The notes below the pieces were generated by a model. That model worked only from the letters and a program-made list of their open reading frames with translations, was not told the DNA's origin and searched no databases. Made by a program: the position numbers and the translations under genes. Below, piece after piece: positions 52,209 to 61,475 of a stretch of DNA of 64,000 nt. Position 1 is the stretch's first letter; each line of letters begins with the position of its first letter. Source of the stretch: Bacteroidales bacterium (GTDB taxonomy: Bacteria; Bacteroidota; Bacteroidia; Bacteroidales; UBA932); NCBI GenBank assembly GCA_045114175.1, contig JBGUJZ010000029.1:24223-88222 (forward strand). Direction: 5' to 3'.

Positions 52209-53180
52209 CTAGCTGCGAATGAAGAGGTCGCTGACCGGTTCGTTATGGTAAATGCGGTCGATGACGGCGGCGAAGAGGCCGGTCATGGAGAGCACGGTAA
52301 ACTTGGAATTGTCCTTGTCCGGCTGGAGAGGAACGGTGTCCGCCACGATGAACTCCTTGATGCAGGAGGCGTTGATGCGGTCGTAGGCCGGGCCCGAGAG
52401 GATGGCGTGGGTGCAGACGGCGCGCACGCTGCGGGCACCGCGGGATATCAGCACGTCGGCGCACTTGGTGATGGTGCCGGCGGTATCCACCATATCATCT
52501 ACGATCACCACATCCTTGCCCTCGATGTCGCCGATCGCGGTCATGCTGCCCACCACGTTGGCCTTCGTACGGTCTTTGTGGCAGATGATGAGGGAGGCAT
52601 TGAGGTTGCGGGCATAGACGTTGGCCTTCTTGGCACCGCCCATATCCGGCGATGCGATGGCCAGATCCTGGAGGTTCAAGCTCTTGATGTAGGGAATGAA
52701 GATGGAGCTGGCCCAGAGGTGATCTACCGGAATGTCAAAGAAACCCTGGATCTGTGCAGCATGGAGCTCGCAGGTCATCACGCGGTCGCATCCGGCAGCG
52801 GTCAACATGTTGGCCACCAGTTTGGAAGCGATGGAGACGCGCGGACGGTCCTTGCGGTCCTGGCGTGCCCAGCCGAAGTACGGAATCACAGCAATCACCT
52901 TGTAGGCGGAAGCACGGCGGGCTGCATCGATCATCAGCAGCAGTTCAAAGAGATTGTCGGCCGGCGGATTGGTGCCCTGGACAATGAACACGGTAGCACC
53001 GCGAACGCTCTCGATGTACTGGGGCTGGAATTCCCCGTCACTGAAAACGGTCAGTTCGGATTCGCCTACCTTCACGCCAAGTTTTTCTGCGATTTTCTCT
53101 GCGAAGGGACGTGCGCCCCGGCAGGCAAAGATCTTCAATCGATGATCGTACTGTTCCAAACGATGATGATTCTGTTCCAT
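52209..53180 (-). CDS. prs: Ribose-phosphate pyrophosphokinase
   Basis: 323 aa. DGEFQPQYIESVRG and the PRPP-binding loop VVIVDDMVDTAGT. Confidence 0.95.
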   Translation of the reverse strand: MEQNHHRLEQYDHRLKIFACRGARPFAEKIAEKLGVKVGESELTVFSDGEFQPQYIESVRGATVFIVQGTNPPADNLFELLLMIDAARRASAYKVIAVIPYFGWARQDRKDRPRVSIASKLVANMLTAAGCDRVMTCELHAAQIQGFFDIPVDHLWASSIFIPYIKSLNLQDLAIASPDMGGAKKANVYARNLNASLIICHKDRTKANVVGSMTAIGDIEGKDVVIVDDMVDTAGTITKCADVLISRGARSVRAVCTHAILSGPAYDRINASCIKEFIVADTVPLQPDKDNSKFTVLSMTGLFAAVIDRIYHNEPVSDLFIRS

Positions 53181-53194
53181 AGGTTTTTATAGGG

Positions 53195-53794
53195 TTATAG
53201 TGTTTTTAGAATGGTTCCGATGTAACTCAGGATCTCCTCCCTGCCCGTCTTCTCTTTGGACGAGGAGCGGAAAACCGGCGGCAGCTCCTCCCACTCTTCC
53301 AGCAGGGCGGCGTTGTTCTCCGAAATCTGCTTTTCCAGCGCGGTGGTGCCGGATTTGTCGCACTTGGTGTAGATGATGGCGAAGGGGATGCCGTTTTCTC
53401 CCAGCATCCGCATGAATTCAAGGTCTATCTTCTGCAGCGGCAGACGGGAATCCAGCAGCACGAAGAGCAGCACCAACTCCTGCGAACCCAGCACGTAGCC
53501 GCGGATCATTTCGGCCAGTTTTTCGCGCCCTTCGCGCCCCATTTTGGCGTAGCCGTAACCCGGCAGGTCCACCAGATACCAGGCGTCGTTGATCAGGAAG
53601 TGATTGACCAGCCGTGTCTTACCCGGTTGCGAGGAGGTGTGCGCCAACTTGCCGTGGGCGCAGAGACAGTTGATCAGGGAAGATTTGCCCACGTTGGAGC
53701 GGCCAATAAAGGCGAATTCGGGGTGGCGGGCAGCGGGCCTCCCGGCGAGCGCTTGGCTGCTTCCGGCAAAGACGGCACTGCGAATTTCCATCAT
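53195..53794 (-). CDS. engB: Ribosome-biogenesis GTPase EngB/YihA
   Basis: 199 aa. G1 GRSNVGKSSLIN, G3 DLPGYG, G4 TKCDK. Confidence 0.92.
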   Translation of the reverse strand: MMEIRSAVFAGSSQALAGRPAARHPEFAFIGRSNVGKSSLINCLCAHGKLAHTSSQPGKTRLVNHFLINDAWYLVDLPGYGYAKMGREGREKLAEMIRGYVLGSQELVLLFVLLDSRLPLQKIDLEFMRMLGENGIPFAIIYTKCDKSGTTALEKQISENNAALLEEWEELPPVFRSSSKEKTGREEILSYIGTILKTL

Positions 53795-53818
53795 TTTGAC
53801 CCCCGTTTTTTATCAGGG

Positions 53819-53826
53819 CAAAGATA
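53819..53826 (-). promoter_or_regulatory. Candidate -7 box TATCTTTG for engB-prs-nadE
   Basis: Perfect TAnnTTTG on the minus strand in the 36-nt ribF-engB gap, 24 nt before the engB ATG. Confidence 0.5.
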
Positions 53827-53830
53827 GAAA

Positions 53831-54721
53831 TTATATCTTGAATTTCCGCGCAGCGGAAAGGTCTTTCTTCAACTGTTTTTTCAGGTCGTCGAGCGAATCG
53901 AATTTCCGCTCGTCGCGGAGGCGGGCGATGAACTCAATCCGGAGGTCCAGGCCGTAGATCTCTTCGTCGAAATCCAGGATGTGGGTCTCCACAATCTGGC
54001 CGCGGCCGTCCGCCAGGGTGGGACGGGTGCCTATGTTGCAGATTCCCAGATGGGTCTTGCCCAGCACGGTGACATTCACCACATAAACGCCGCCCGCCGG
54101 AATCAGCTTCAGCGGCTCGTAGAGCGACAGGTTAGCCGTGGGGAAGCCGATCGTGCGACCAATCCGGTTGCCCGCCACCACCACGCCGTCCAGCGCGTAG
54201 CGATAGCCCAGCAGGCTGCCGCCCAAGACCACATCGCCCTGCGAGAGGATGTCGCGGATCATGGTGGAACTCACGGCGCGGCCGGAGGCGGAGATGCTGT
54301 CGGAGACCGGGACCGGCACGATGCCGCAAAGGCGGACAATCCGGTCACGCTGCTCCACGTCGCGCACATCGTCACTGCCCAGGTGGTGGTCGTAGCCCAG
54401 CACGAGGTGGGTAACGCCGTAGCGGCCAATCAGATAGCGGCTCAGGAACTCGCTAGCGGTCAGGGTGCTGAAATCGCGCGAGAAGGGCAGTACCACGAAT
54501 TCATCCACGCCCAGGGCCAGGCAGCGCTGGCGCTTCTCCTCCAGGGAGGTGAGCAGGCGCAGTTTGTCCGCATCCAGTTGGAGCACATTGCGGGGATGGG
54601 GCCAGAAGGTCACGACCAGGCTCTTGCCACCCGCCTCGCGAGCCATGGCCACGGCCTTGTCGATCACCATGCGGTGTCCGCTGTGGACGCCGTCGAAGAA
54701 ACCGGTTGCTGCTACGATCAT
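53831..54721 (-). CDS. ribF: Bifunctional riboflavin kinase / FMN adenylyltransferase
   Basis: 296 aa. GFFDGVHSGH (FAD synthetase) and GFPTANL...E (riboflavin kinase). Confidence 0.92.
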   Translation of the reverse strand: MIVAATGFFDGVHSGHRMVIDKAVAMAREAGGKSLVVTFWPHPRNVLQLDADKLRLLTSLEEKRQRCLALGVDEFVVLPFSRDFSTLTASEFLSRYLIGRYGVTHLVLGYDHHLGSDDVRDVEQRDRIVRLCGIVPVPVSDSISASGRAVSSTMIRDILSQGDVVLGGSLLGYRYALDGVVVAGNRIGRTIGFPTANLSLYEPLKLIPAGGVYVVNVTVLGKTHLGICNIGTRPTLADGRGQIVETHILDFDEEIYGLDLRIEFIARLRDERKFDSLDDLKKQLKKDLSAARKFKI

Positions 54722-54915
54722 TGCTTGTCCTCCTTCAATAGTTCATCCATCTTTTCACGGTCGCCGCGGAGATACTCCTTGCACCAGGCAATCAGCTCCA
54801 GTGCTTTGCGGACGTCAGCCGCCACGGCGGAGAGGTCCCGCTTGGGATCTTCGATGGCCGTCACCAGCTTCTCCAGCGAGGCGAAGACCTCTTCGTAGGT
54901 TTTCTGCTCTTTCAT
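54718..54915 (-). CDS. xseB: Exodeoxyribonuclease VII small subunit
   Basis: 65-aa helical protein that overlaps xseA (ATGA) and ribF. Confidence 0.85.
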   Translation of the reverse strand: MKEQKTYEEVFASLEKLVTAIEDPKRDLSAVAADVRKALELIAWCKEYLRGDREKMDELLKEDKQ

Positions 54916-56117
54916 ATCTTTTTCGTTTTCAATTCTTTGGATATAACTGTAGCCTCTACCGTGCCGTCGCCGAAGAGGGCGCTCAGGCGGTCGCCGGGCT
55001 GAAAGTCGGCCGCACGGGTGGCACGGACGCCGTCGCGCAGGATGAGCGAGCCGCCGCGGGCGAGCTGCGCTTCAGGATCAGCCGCTGCGATGCGCAGGGC
55101 CAGGGTTTCCAGCCGTTTCTCCTCCATCGCGTAGCGGAGATTCAGGGCACTGCGGATGCGGAGCAACTGGGCCTCCAGCTGGGCCTCGCTGCGCGCCACC
55201 TTGGATTCGAGGGCCAGCCGCAGCCGCTGGGCCAGCGAGGAGAGTTCATAATCGGCCGTGGCGAAGAGCTCGATGATATAATCCGCCAGGGCGGTCGGGG
55301 TCTTGACGCAGGTATGCGCCACGTCGTCTATGATATGGTGGTCGTGGTCGTGTCCGATACCCGTCAGGACCGGCAGCGGGAACTGCGCCACGTTGACCGC
55401 AAGTTCGTAGTCGTCAAAGCAGACCAGATCGGAGGCACCGCCTCCGCCGCGCAGGATCAGCAGTGCATCGAACTCCTGCTCGCGCGCCGCCACGGCATCC
55501 ATCGCCTCAATCATACTGGCGGGGGCGTCACTCCCCTGCATCGTGGCCTGGAAGAGGACGGTCGTAAACTTGAAGCCGTATTCGTTGTCGTGCAGGTGGT
55601 GGCGGAAGTCGCGCCAGCCGGCGGCCGTCTCGCTGGTAATCACCGCAAAACGGCGCGGAAGGGCGGGCAGCGTAAGCTGGGCGTTCAGATCCAGCATCCC
55701 CTCCTTCTCCAGCCGGAGCAGCGTCTGCCGGCGGGCCGCCTCCAGTTCGCCCAGCGTGAAGGTGGGATCGATGTCGGTGATGATCAGGGAGAGGCCGTAG
55801 AGTTCGGAGTACTGCACCTGTGCCTGCACCAGAATCTTCATTCCGGCGGCCAGCGGCGATCCGGTTTCGCGCTCAAAGTATGGCCCAACGAGACGCCATG
55901 ACGAGGCCCAGACGATGGCCGAAGCCTTTGCCTGCAGCGCGCCGTCGCCCTCCGCCTTTTCTATCAGCGTCAGGTAGCAGTGACCGGCCGGGTTGAGCTT
56001 GCACTCGCTCACCTCCGCCCGCACCCAGTACTTTCCGGCGAAATTCTCCGCCAGAGTGCCCTGAATGCGATGCTGCAACTCGTACAGCCCGATGCTTTTA
56101 CGCGCCTCCTGTTCCAT
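54912..56117 (-). CDS. xseA: Exodeoxyribonuclease VII large subunit
   Basis: N-terminal OB fold (YWVRAEVSECKLNPAGHCYLTL), catalytic core and C-terminal coiled coil. The track starts at GTG 56123. I prefer the ATG at 56117 because a -7 box covers 56123..56130. Confidence 0.92.
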   Translation of the reverse strand: MEQEARKSIGLYELQHRIQGTLAENFAGKYWVRAEVSECKLNPAGHCYLTLIEKAEGDGALQAKASAIVWASSWRLVGPYFERETGSPLAAGMKILVQAQVQYSELYGLSLIITDIDPTFTLGELEAARRQTLLRLEKEGMLDLNAQLTLPALPRRFAVITSETAAGWRDFRHHLHDNEYGFKFTTVLFQATMQGSDAPASMIEAMDAVAAREQEFDALLILRGGGGASDLVCFDDYELAVNVAQFPLPVLTGIGHDHDHHIIDDVAHTCVKTPTALADYIIELFATADYELSSLAQRLRLALESKVARSEAQLEAQLLRIRSALNLRYAMEEKRLETLALRIAAADPEAQLARGGSLILRDGVRATRAADFQPGDRLSALFGDGTVEATVISKELKTKKI

Positions 56118-56122
56118 ACCCA

Positions 56123-56130
56123 CAAAAGTA
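56123..56130 (-). promoter_or_regulatory. Candidate -7 box TACTTTTG for xseA-xseB-ribF
   Basis: Perfect TAnnTTTG on the minus strand, ending 5 nt before the ATG at 56117. This implies a leaderless or near-leaderless mRNA. Confidence 0.4.
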
Positions 56131-56157
56131 GCAAAAAATCGCGGTGTTGATAACTGG

Positions 56158-56219
56158 TGGGGAGGCTGTGGATAAAATGTGGAAAGAAATGGAATAAGAT
56201 GGAAGAAAATGGAAGATTA
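56158..56219 (+). promoter_or_regulatory. Array of phased TGGAA-type direct repeats; candidate MraZ operator
   Basis: TGGGG at 56158, TGGAT at 56169, and TGGAA at 56180, 56190, 56200 and 56210. Spacings are 11, 11, 10, 10 and 10 bp. The array ends 5 nt before the mraZ -7 box. Confidence 0.55.
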
Positions 56220-56224
56220 ATCCG

Positions 56225-56232
56225 TACCTTTG
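56225..56232 (+). promoter_or_regulatory. Candidate -7 box TACCTTTG for the dcw operon (Pmra)
   Basis: Perfect TAnnTTTG, 29 nt upstream of the mraZ ATG. Confidence 0.55.
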
Positions 56233-56261
56233 CAGTCGAATAAATTCCGAAAGAATCTACG

Positions 56262-56714
56262 ATGGTTACGTTTATCGGCGAATACAAGGCAAAAGTTGAC
56301 GATCGGGGACGAATCGTGTTCCCGGCCGCCTTCAAGGCAGCCATGGGCCCGGGTGCAGACCTGCGGTTCGTGGTCAAGGCCTCGCTGTTCACCGGTAGCC
56401 TGGAGATGTACTCCTACGCAGAGTGGGAGGTGGAAGCTGCCGCCGTCAAGGCCAAGCTGAACTTCTTCAACCGCGAACACGACCGCTTCTGGCGGGAGTA
56501 CATGCGGGGCACGGCCATCGTGGAACCGGATGACAAACTGGGCCGTATCCTGATCCCGAAGGCGCTTCTGGAGCAGGCTGGCATTACATCCGGAACAGAA
56601 GTAGTATTCTCGGGCAACAATCATAAGATCGAAATCTGGCCGAAGGATCACTACGAGGCCCAGAAAATAGAAAGCAATGCATTCGTCGCCCTTGCCGAGA
56701 AAATTCTCGGATAA
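56262..56714 (+). CDS. mraZ: Transcriptional regulator MraZ
   Basis: 150 aa. Two SpoVT-AbrB halves with DDRGRIVFP and DKLGRILIP (DxxxR motifs). Confidence 0.95.
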   Translation: MVTFIGEYKAKVDDRGRIVFPAAFKAAMGPGADLRFVVKASLFTGSLEMYSYAEWEVEAAAVKAKLNFFNREHDRFWREYMRGTAIVEPDDKLGRILIPKALLEQAGITSGTEVVFSGNNHKIEIWPKDHYEAQKIESNAFVALAEKILG

Positions 56715-56729
56715 CAAAGGGAGGACGAG

Positions 56730-57638
56730 ATGAGCGCATACCATATCCCCGTACTACTGGAAGAGAGCATCGAGGCGCTGGCTATCAAGCCGGACGGCGT
56801 CTATGTGGATGCGACTTTCGGCGGCGGCGGACACAGCCGCGCCATCCTCGGGAAACTGGGACCGGCGGGGCGGCTGATTGCCTTTGATAAAGACGCAGAC
56901 GCGCTCGCCAACGCCCCGCAAGACAAGCGGCTCATCCTTGTGCACAACAACTTCCGTTTTGTGCACAATTTTGTGAAATACCATGGCTATCCGCAGGTGG
57001 ACGGCATCCTGGCCGACCTGGGCGTATCGTCGCACCAGTTCGACACAGGCGAGCGGGGATTCTCCTTCCGGTTTGATGCGCCGCTGGATATGCGGATGAA
57101 CCAGGCCGCCGCCCGGACGGCAGCCGACGTGGTGAATGAAGCCGAAGAGGCCGACTTGGAGCGCATCCTCCGCCTCTACGGAGAAGTGGAAAACAGCCGC
57201 CGCGCCGCCGCACTGATTGTCAAGGCCCGCGAAAGCGCGCCGCTGCGCACCACGGGCGATTTGAGCCGGGCCCTGGAGAGCATCCTCCCCAAGCTGGCCG
57301 AGCACAAATACCTGGCAAAGGTCTTCCAGGCCCTGCGCATCGAGGTGAACGGCGAACTGGACGACCTGGAGGGCTTCCTTCAGGGCGCCATCAAGAGCCT
57401 CAAACCCGAGGGACGGATTGCCGTCATCACCTACCACTCGCTGGAAGACCGGCTGGTCAAAAACTATTTCAAGGCGGGAAACGCCTCGGGCGAGATTGTC
57501 CGCGACCTGATGGGCCGGGGCAGCGCGCCGCTCGATAACGTGGAGCGCAAGCCCATCCTTCCCCGGGAGGAGGAGATTGCCGGCAACACCCGCGCCCGCA
57601 GTGCCAAACTCCGCGTCGCCAGACGCGTCAACGCATAA
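56730..57638 (+). CDS. rsmH: 16S rRNA (cytosine1402-N4)-methyltransferase
   Basis: 302 aa. HIPVLLEE, DATFGGGGHS, DLGVSSHQFD and SLEDRLVK. Confidence 0.95.
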   Translation: MSAYHIPVLLEESIEALAIKPDGVYVDATFGGGGHSRAILGKLGPAGRLIAFDKDADALANAPQDKRLILVHNNFRFVHNFVKYHGYPQVDGILADLGVSSHQFDTGERGFSFRFDAPLDMRMNQAAARTAADVVNEAEEADLERILRLYGEVENSRRAAALIVKARESAPLRTTGDLSRALESILPKLAEHKYLAKVFQALRIEVNGELDDLEGFLQGAIKSLKPEGRIAVITYHSLEDRLVKNYFKAGNASGEIVRDLMGRGSAPLDNVERKPILPREEEIAGNTRARSAKLRVARRVNA

Positions 57639-57649
57639 TCCGCTGAACC

Positions 57650-57994
57650 ATGGGAAAGGCCAGAAACTTCACGAAGAACGTCACGAAGCGGTTTATCAAC
57701 TTCTTCAGCGGAGACTTTATCCTCACGCGCGGACTGGACAAGCACATCTGGTTCGCCGTTTACATCTTCGTGCTCTTCAGCATCCTCATCACCTGGAGCC
57801 TGACGGTAGAAAGCGCCCTGGTCAAGGTTCGCAAGAACGAAAAGACCATCGAGGCCCTCAACATCGCCAAGGACCAGCGGGCCATCGAACTGCTCAGCAT
57901 TGACCGCCGCAGCACGCTCGAGGAGCTCCTGCGCAAGAATCACTCAACCCTGAAGGCGCCCGAGACGCCGGCAACCATTCTGGAAGAAAAGTAA
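57650..57994 (+). CDS. FtsL-like cell-division protein
   Basis: 114-aa bitopic protein with one TM helix (IWFAVYIFVLFSILITWSL) and a coiled coil. Canonical position between rsmH and ftsI. Confidence 0.7.
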   Translation: MGKARNFTKNVTKRFINFFSGDFILTRGLDKHIWFAVYIFVLFSILITWSLTVESALVKVRKNEKTIEALNIAKDQRAIELLSIDRRSTLEELLRKNHSTLKAPETPATILEEK

Positions 57995-58000
57995 CGGACT

Positions 58001-60010
58001 ATGCGGGCGAATATCATCAAAGTCGGAATCTGCTTCGGAATCTTCGTGATCGGGTGTCTCGCCGCGATCATTCGGATTCTGGACTTCCAGCTGATCCACC
58101 GTCCGGATCCCGCCGAGTGGACCGTGCAGACCTCCGGTGAAGAGCCCATCGCCTGCAAGCGCGGCAGCATTCTGGCCACGGACGGCCGCTACCTGGCCTT
58201 CTCCATCCCGGAGTACAAAGTGGTGATGGACTGCTGCCAGAGCGATTCCGCCAAGTTCGCCAAGGGGGTGGACAGCCTGGCCATGGGGTTGGCCGCCATT
58301 CTCAAGGATAAGCCGGCCAAGGAGTACCGCAAGATGCTGGTGGGCGACCGCAAAGCGGGCAAACGCTACACCAAGCTCACCCAGCGCTACGTGACCTATC
58401 AGGAGATGAAGGCCATCTGCGCGCTGCCCATCCTGCGCGAGGGTCGCTTCGGCGGCGGCGTGATGACGGAGAGCTACGACCGGCGCCAGTATCCCTACGG
58501 GGAGCTGGCCTTCCGTACGCTGGGCCACATTCGGGCCAACGAAACCTCGCAGGCCGGCATCGAGGGCAGCTGCGATTCCATCCTCAAGGGCACCGAGGGC
58601 ATCCGCTACACCCGCAAGACCGAGCACAACCAGTGGATAGAAGACACCGAGCGCCCGCGCGTGGAACCGATTGACGGAATCGACGTGCGCTCCACCATCG
58701 ATATTGACATTCAGGATATTGCCGAGCGAGCCCTGCACCGACAGCTGGCCAAGAGCGACGAGCTGGAGGCCGGCACCGTGATCGTGATGGAGACCGCCAC
58801 CGGCCGCATCCGCGCCATGGCCAACCTGCGCAAGGAGGGCAAAGGCAAATACAAAGAGACCTACAACTACGCGATCGGACAGCTCGGCGAACCGGGCTCC
58901 GTCTTCAAGTTGGCCACGCTCACCATCCTACTGGATGAGGGCAAGGTGAAGCTGGAAGATGAGATGCCGGCCACCGTCAGTTTCCAGTGCGGCAAGGGCA
59001 AACCGCTGGTTGACCACTACCTGGACAAGTACCGGACCATCTCCATCCTGCGCGGATTCGAGATCTCCTCCAACAACGTCTTCCGTATCCAGGCCTACAA
59101 GCACTACGGCTCCAACCCCGCCCACTACGTGGACAAGCTCAGCAAGGACCTGCACATCAACTACCGTTACGATTTTGACATCCGCGGCCTGCGCAACGCA
59201 CGCATCAAGCATCCGAACGACGGCACCTACTGGGCCGAGACCGACTTGCCGCAGATTGCGATGGGCTACACCGTGGAGGTCACCCCGCTCCATACCCTCA
59301 ACTTCTACAACGCCATTGCCAACGGCGGCGTGATGGTGGCTCCGCGCCTGCTGGAAGAGTTCAGCAAAGACGGCGAAATCCTCAAGGAATTCCCTGTAGA
59401 GACCATCGGCCGCGTCTGCAAGAAAGAGACGGTCAAGGAGTTACACCGGGCTATGCGCAGCGTGGTGGAGAACGGTACCGGTTACTACCAGTTCCGCGAC
59501 TGCAAGGTGGCGGTGGCCGGCAAGACGGGAACCTCCCGCGTGGTGATGGACAACGGCCGGTATGAAGACAAGCTCGGCCGCCACAAATACCAGGCAACCT
59601 TCGCCGGCTTCTTCCCCTACGAGCATCCGGAATACACCGTAATGGCCGTGATCTACTCCTTCCCTACCCGCGGCTCCTTCTACGGTGCAACCTGGGGCGG
59701 TCCGGTGGTCTGCGAGATTGCCAATGAAATCTATGTGAACCGGCCTGAATGGAAGCAGCCCGTCACCCCCAGCAGCGGCCTGCCCAAGGTGGAAGCCGCT
59801 ACCCTGCCCCCGATGGATTCGGTGGGCTGCGTGCCGGATGTCCGCGGCCTGGGCCTGCGCGAGAGCCTCTCGCTGCTCGAGGCGGCCGGATTCACCGTCA
59901 ATGCCACCGGTCACGGCAAGGTGGTGGGACAAAAACCCGCTCCGGGCACCCACAGCGCGGACGGCACCGTTGAACTGATTCTCTCTACCGATAAAAAGTC
60001 TGACAAATGA
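58001..60010 (+). CDS. ftsI: Penicillin-binding protein 3-type transpeptidase (FtsI) with a C-terminal PASTA-like domain
   Basis: 669 aa. TM anchor, SxxK (GSVFKL), SxN (SSN), KTG (GKTGTS). C-terminal VPDVRGLGLRESLSLLEAAGFTV is PASTA-like. Confidence 0.9.
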   Translation: MRANIIKVGICFGIFVIGCLAAIIRILDFQLIHRPDPAEWTVQTSGEEPIACKRGSILATDGRYLAFSIPEYKVVMDCCQSDSAKFAKGVDSLAMGLAAILKDKPAKEYRKMLVGDRKAGKRYTKLTQRYVTYQEMKAICALPILREGRFGGGVMTESYDRRQYPYGELAFRTLGHIRANETSQAGIEGSCDSILKGTEGIRYTRKTEHNQWIEDTERPRVEPIDGIDVRSTIDIDIQDIAERALHRQLAKSDELEAGTVIVMETATGRIRAMANLRKEGKGKYKETYNYAIGQLGEPGSVFKLATLTILLDEGKVKLEDEMPATVSFQCGKGKPLVDHYLDKYRTISILRGFEISSNNVFRIQAYKHYGSNPAHYVDKLSKDLHINYRYDFDIRGLRNARIKHPNDGTYWAETDLPQIAMGYTVEVTPLHTLNFYNAIANGGVMVAPRLLEEFSKDGEILKEFPVETIGRVCKKETVKELHRAMRSVVENGTGYYQFRDCKVAVAGKTGTSRVVMDNGRYEDKLGRHKYQATFAGFFPYEHPEYTVMAVIYSFPTRGSFYGATWGGPVVCEIANEIYVNRPEWKQPVTPSSGLPKVEAATLPPMDSVGCVPDVRGLGLRESLSLLEAAGFTVNATGHGKVVGQKPAPGTHSADGTVELILSTDKKSDK

Positions 60011-61458
60011 TACTGACCCAAATTCTCCAGAACATTCCTACGGTGGCCGTCAACGGCAGCACCGCCATCGACATCCAGGGACTCTCCTTTGACTCACGTA
60101 CCTGCGCGCCGGGCTGGCTCTTCGTGGCCGTCAACGGCACGGAGGCCGACGGACACCGCTACATCGACGCCGCCATCAAGAACGGCGCCGTGGCTGTGAT
60201 CTATGAAGAGGGCGAAGTGGTCCGCGAAGGCGTGACCACCGTCAAGGTGGCCAACAGCCGCACCGCACTGGGCCTGGCAGCCGACAACTACTACGATCAC
60301 CCCTCTTCCAAGATGGAGGTGGTGGGTATCACCGGCACCAACGGCAAAAGCACGACCGTGACCCTGCTCTGGCAGCTCTTCACCTCGCTGGGATACTGCT
60401 GCGGCCTCTTCTCCACGATTGCCAACTACATTGACCGCGAGAAGCTGCCCTCCGACCACACCACCCCCGACCCGATCAGTGTCCACCGCCTGATGGCCGA
60501 AATGGCCGCACGCGGCTGTCAGTACTGCTTTATGGAGATCAGTTCCCACTCGCTGGCGCAGGACCGCATCGCGGGCATCCGCTTCAAGGGCGGCATCTTC
60601 TCCAACATTACCCACGACCACCTGGACTACCACAAAACCTTTGCGGAGTATCTGCGGTGCAAGAAGCTCTTCTTTGACCACATGCCGCAGGAGGGCTGGG
60701 TGCTGACCAACCTGGACGACAAGAACGGCGAGGTGATGATCCAGAATACCCGCGCCCACATCCATACCTACTCCTGCCGCCGGATGGCCGATTTCCGCGC
60801 CCGCATCATCGAGGAGACCTTGGACGGCATGCAGCTCGAGATTGACGGCCGCCAGCTCTGGTGCAGCTTCATCGGGGCGCACAACGCCTACAACTTGCTG
60901 GCCGTCTATAGCGCAGCCATCCTGCTGGGCGCCGACAAGGAGGAGGTGCTTGTGAAGATGAGCGCCCTGCGGACGGTAGCGGGCCGCTTGGAGTTCTACC
61001 GCAGCAAGACGCGCGACCTGACCGCCTTTGTGGATTATGCCCACACCCCCGACGGCCTGGAGAATGTGCTCAAGACGCTGCGCGAAACGGCGCAGGACCG
61101 CCAGCTGATCTGCGTGTTCGGCTGCGGCGGCGACCGCGACAAGACCAAACGTCCGGAGATGGGCGAGATTGCCGGCAAGTATGCCGACCGCCTGGTCGTG
61201 ACGAGCGACAACCCGCGCACCGAGGATCCGCTGGCCATCATCGAGGATATCAAGAAGGGCCTGGACCACGCCGCTATGCGCAAATCCATCTTCATCCCGG
61301 AGCGCAAGGAGGCTATCCGCACCGCCCTGATGACGGCCGATGAAGGTGCCGTTATCCTGATTGCCGGCAAGGGCCACGAAGATTACCAGATCATTGGAAC
61401 CACCAAGATCGACTACGACGAGCGCAAGTACGTAGGCGACCTGATGGCTGAAATATAA
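60007..61458 (+). CDS. murE: UDP-N-acetylmuramoyl-L-alanyl-D-glutamate--2,6-diaminopimelate ligase
   Basis: 483 aa. GITGTNGKST, plus DNPR and the downstream meso-DAP-type motif region. Confidence 0.94.
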   Translation: MILTQILQNIPTVAVNGSTAIDIQGLSFDSRTCAPGWLFVAVNGTEADGHRYIDAAIKNGAVAVIYEEGEVVREGVTTVKVANSRTALGLAADNYYDHPSSKMEVVGITGTNGKSTTVTLLWQLFTSLGYCCGLFSTIANYIDREKLPSDHTTPDPISVHRLMAEMAARGCQYCFMEISSHSLAQDRIAGIRFKGGIFSNITHDHLDYHKTFAEYLRCKKLFFDHMPQEGWVLTNLDDKNGEVMIQNTRAHIHTYSCRRMADFRARIIEETLDGMQLEIDGRQLWCSFIGAHNAYNLLAVYSAAILLGADKEEVLVKMSALRTVAGRLEFYRSKTRDLTAFVDYAHTPDGLENVLKTLRETAQDRQLICVFGCGGDRDKTKRPEMGEIAGKYADRLVVTSDNPRTEDPLAIIEDIKKGLDHAAMRKSIFIPERKEAIRTALMTADEGAVILIAGKGHEDYQIIGTTKIDYDERKYVGDLMAEI

Positions 61459-61475
61459 TATAGGAATATAGGACT

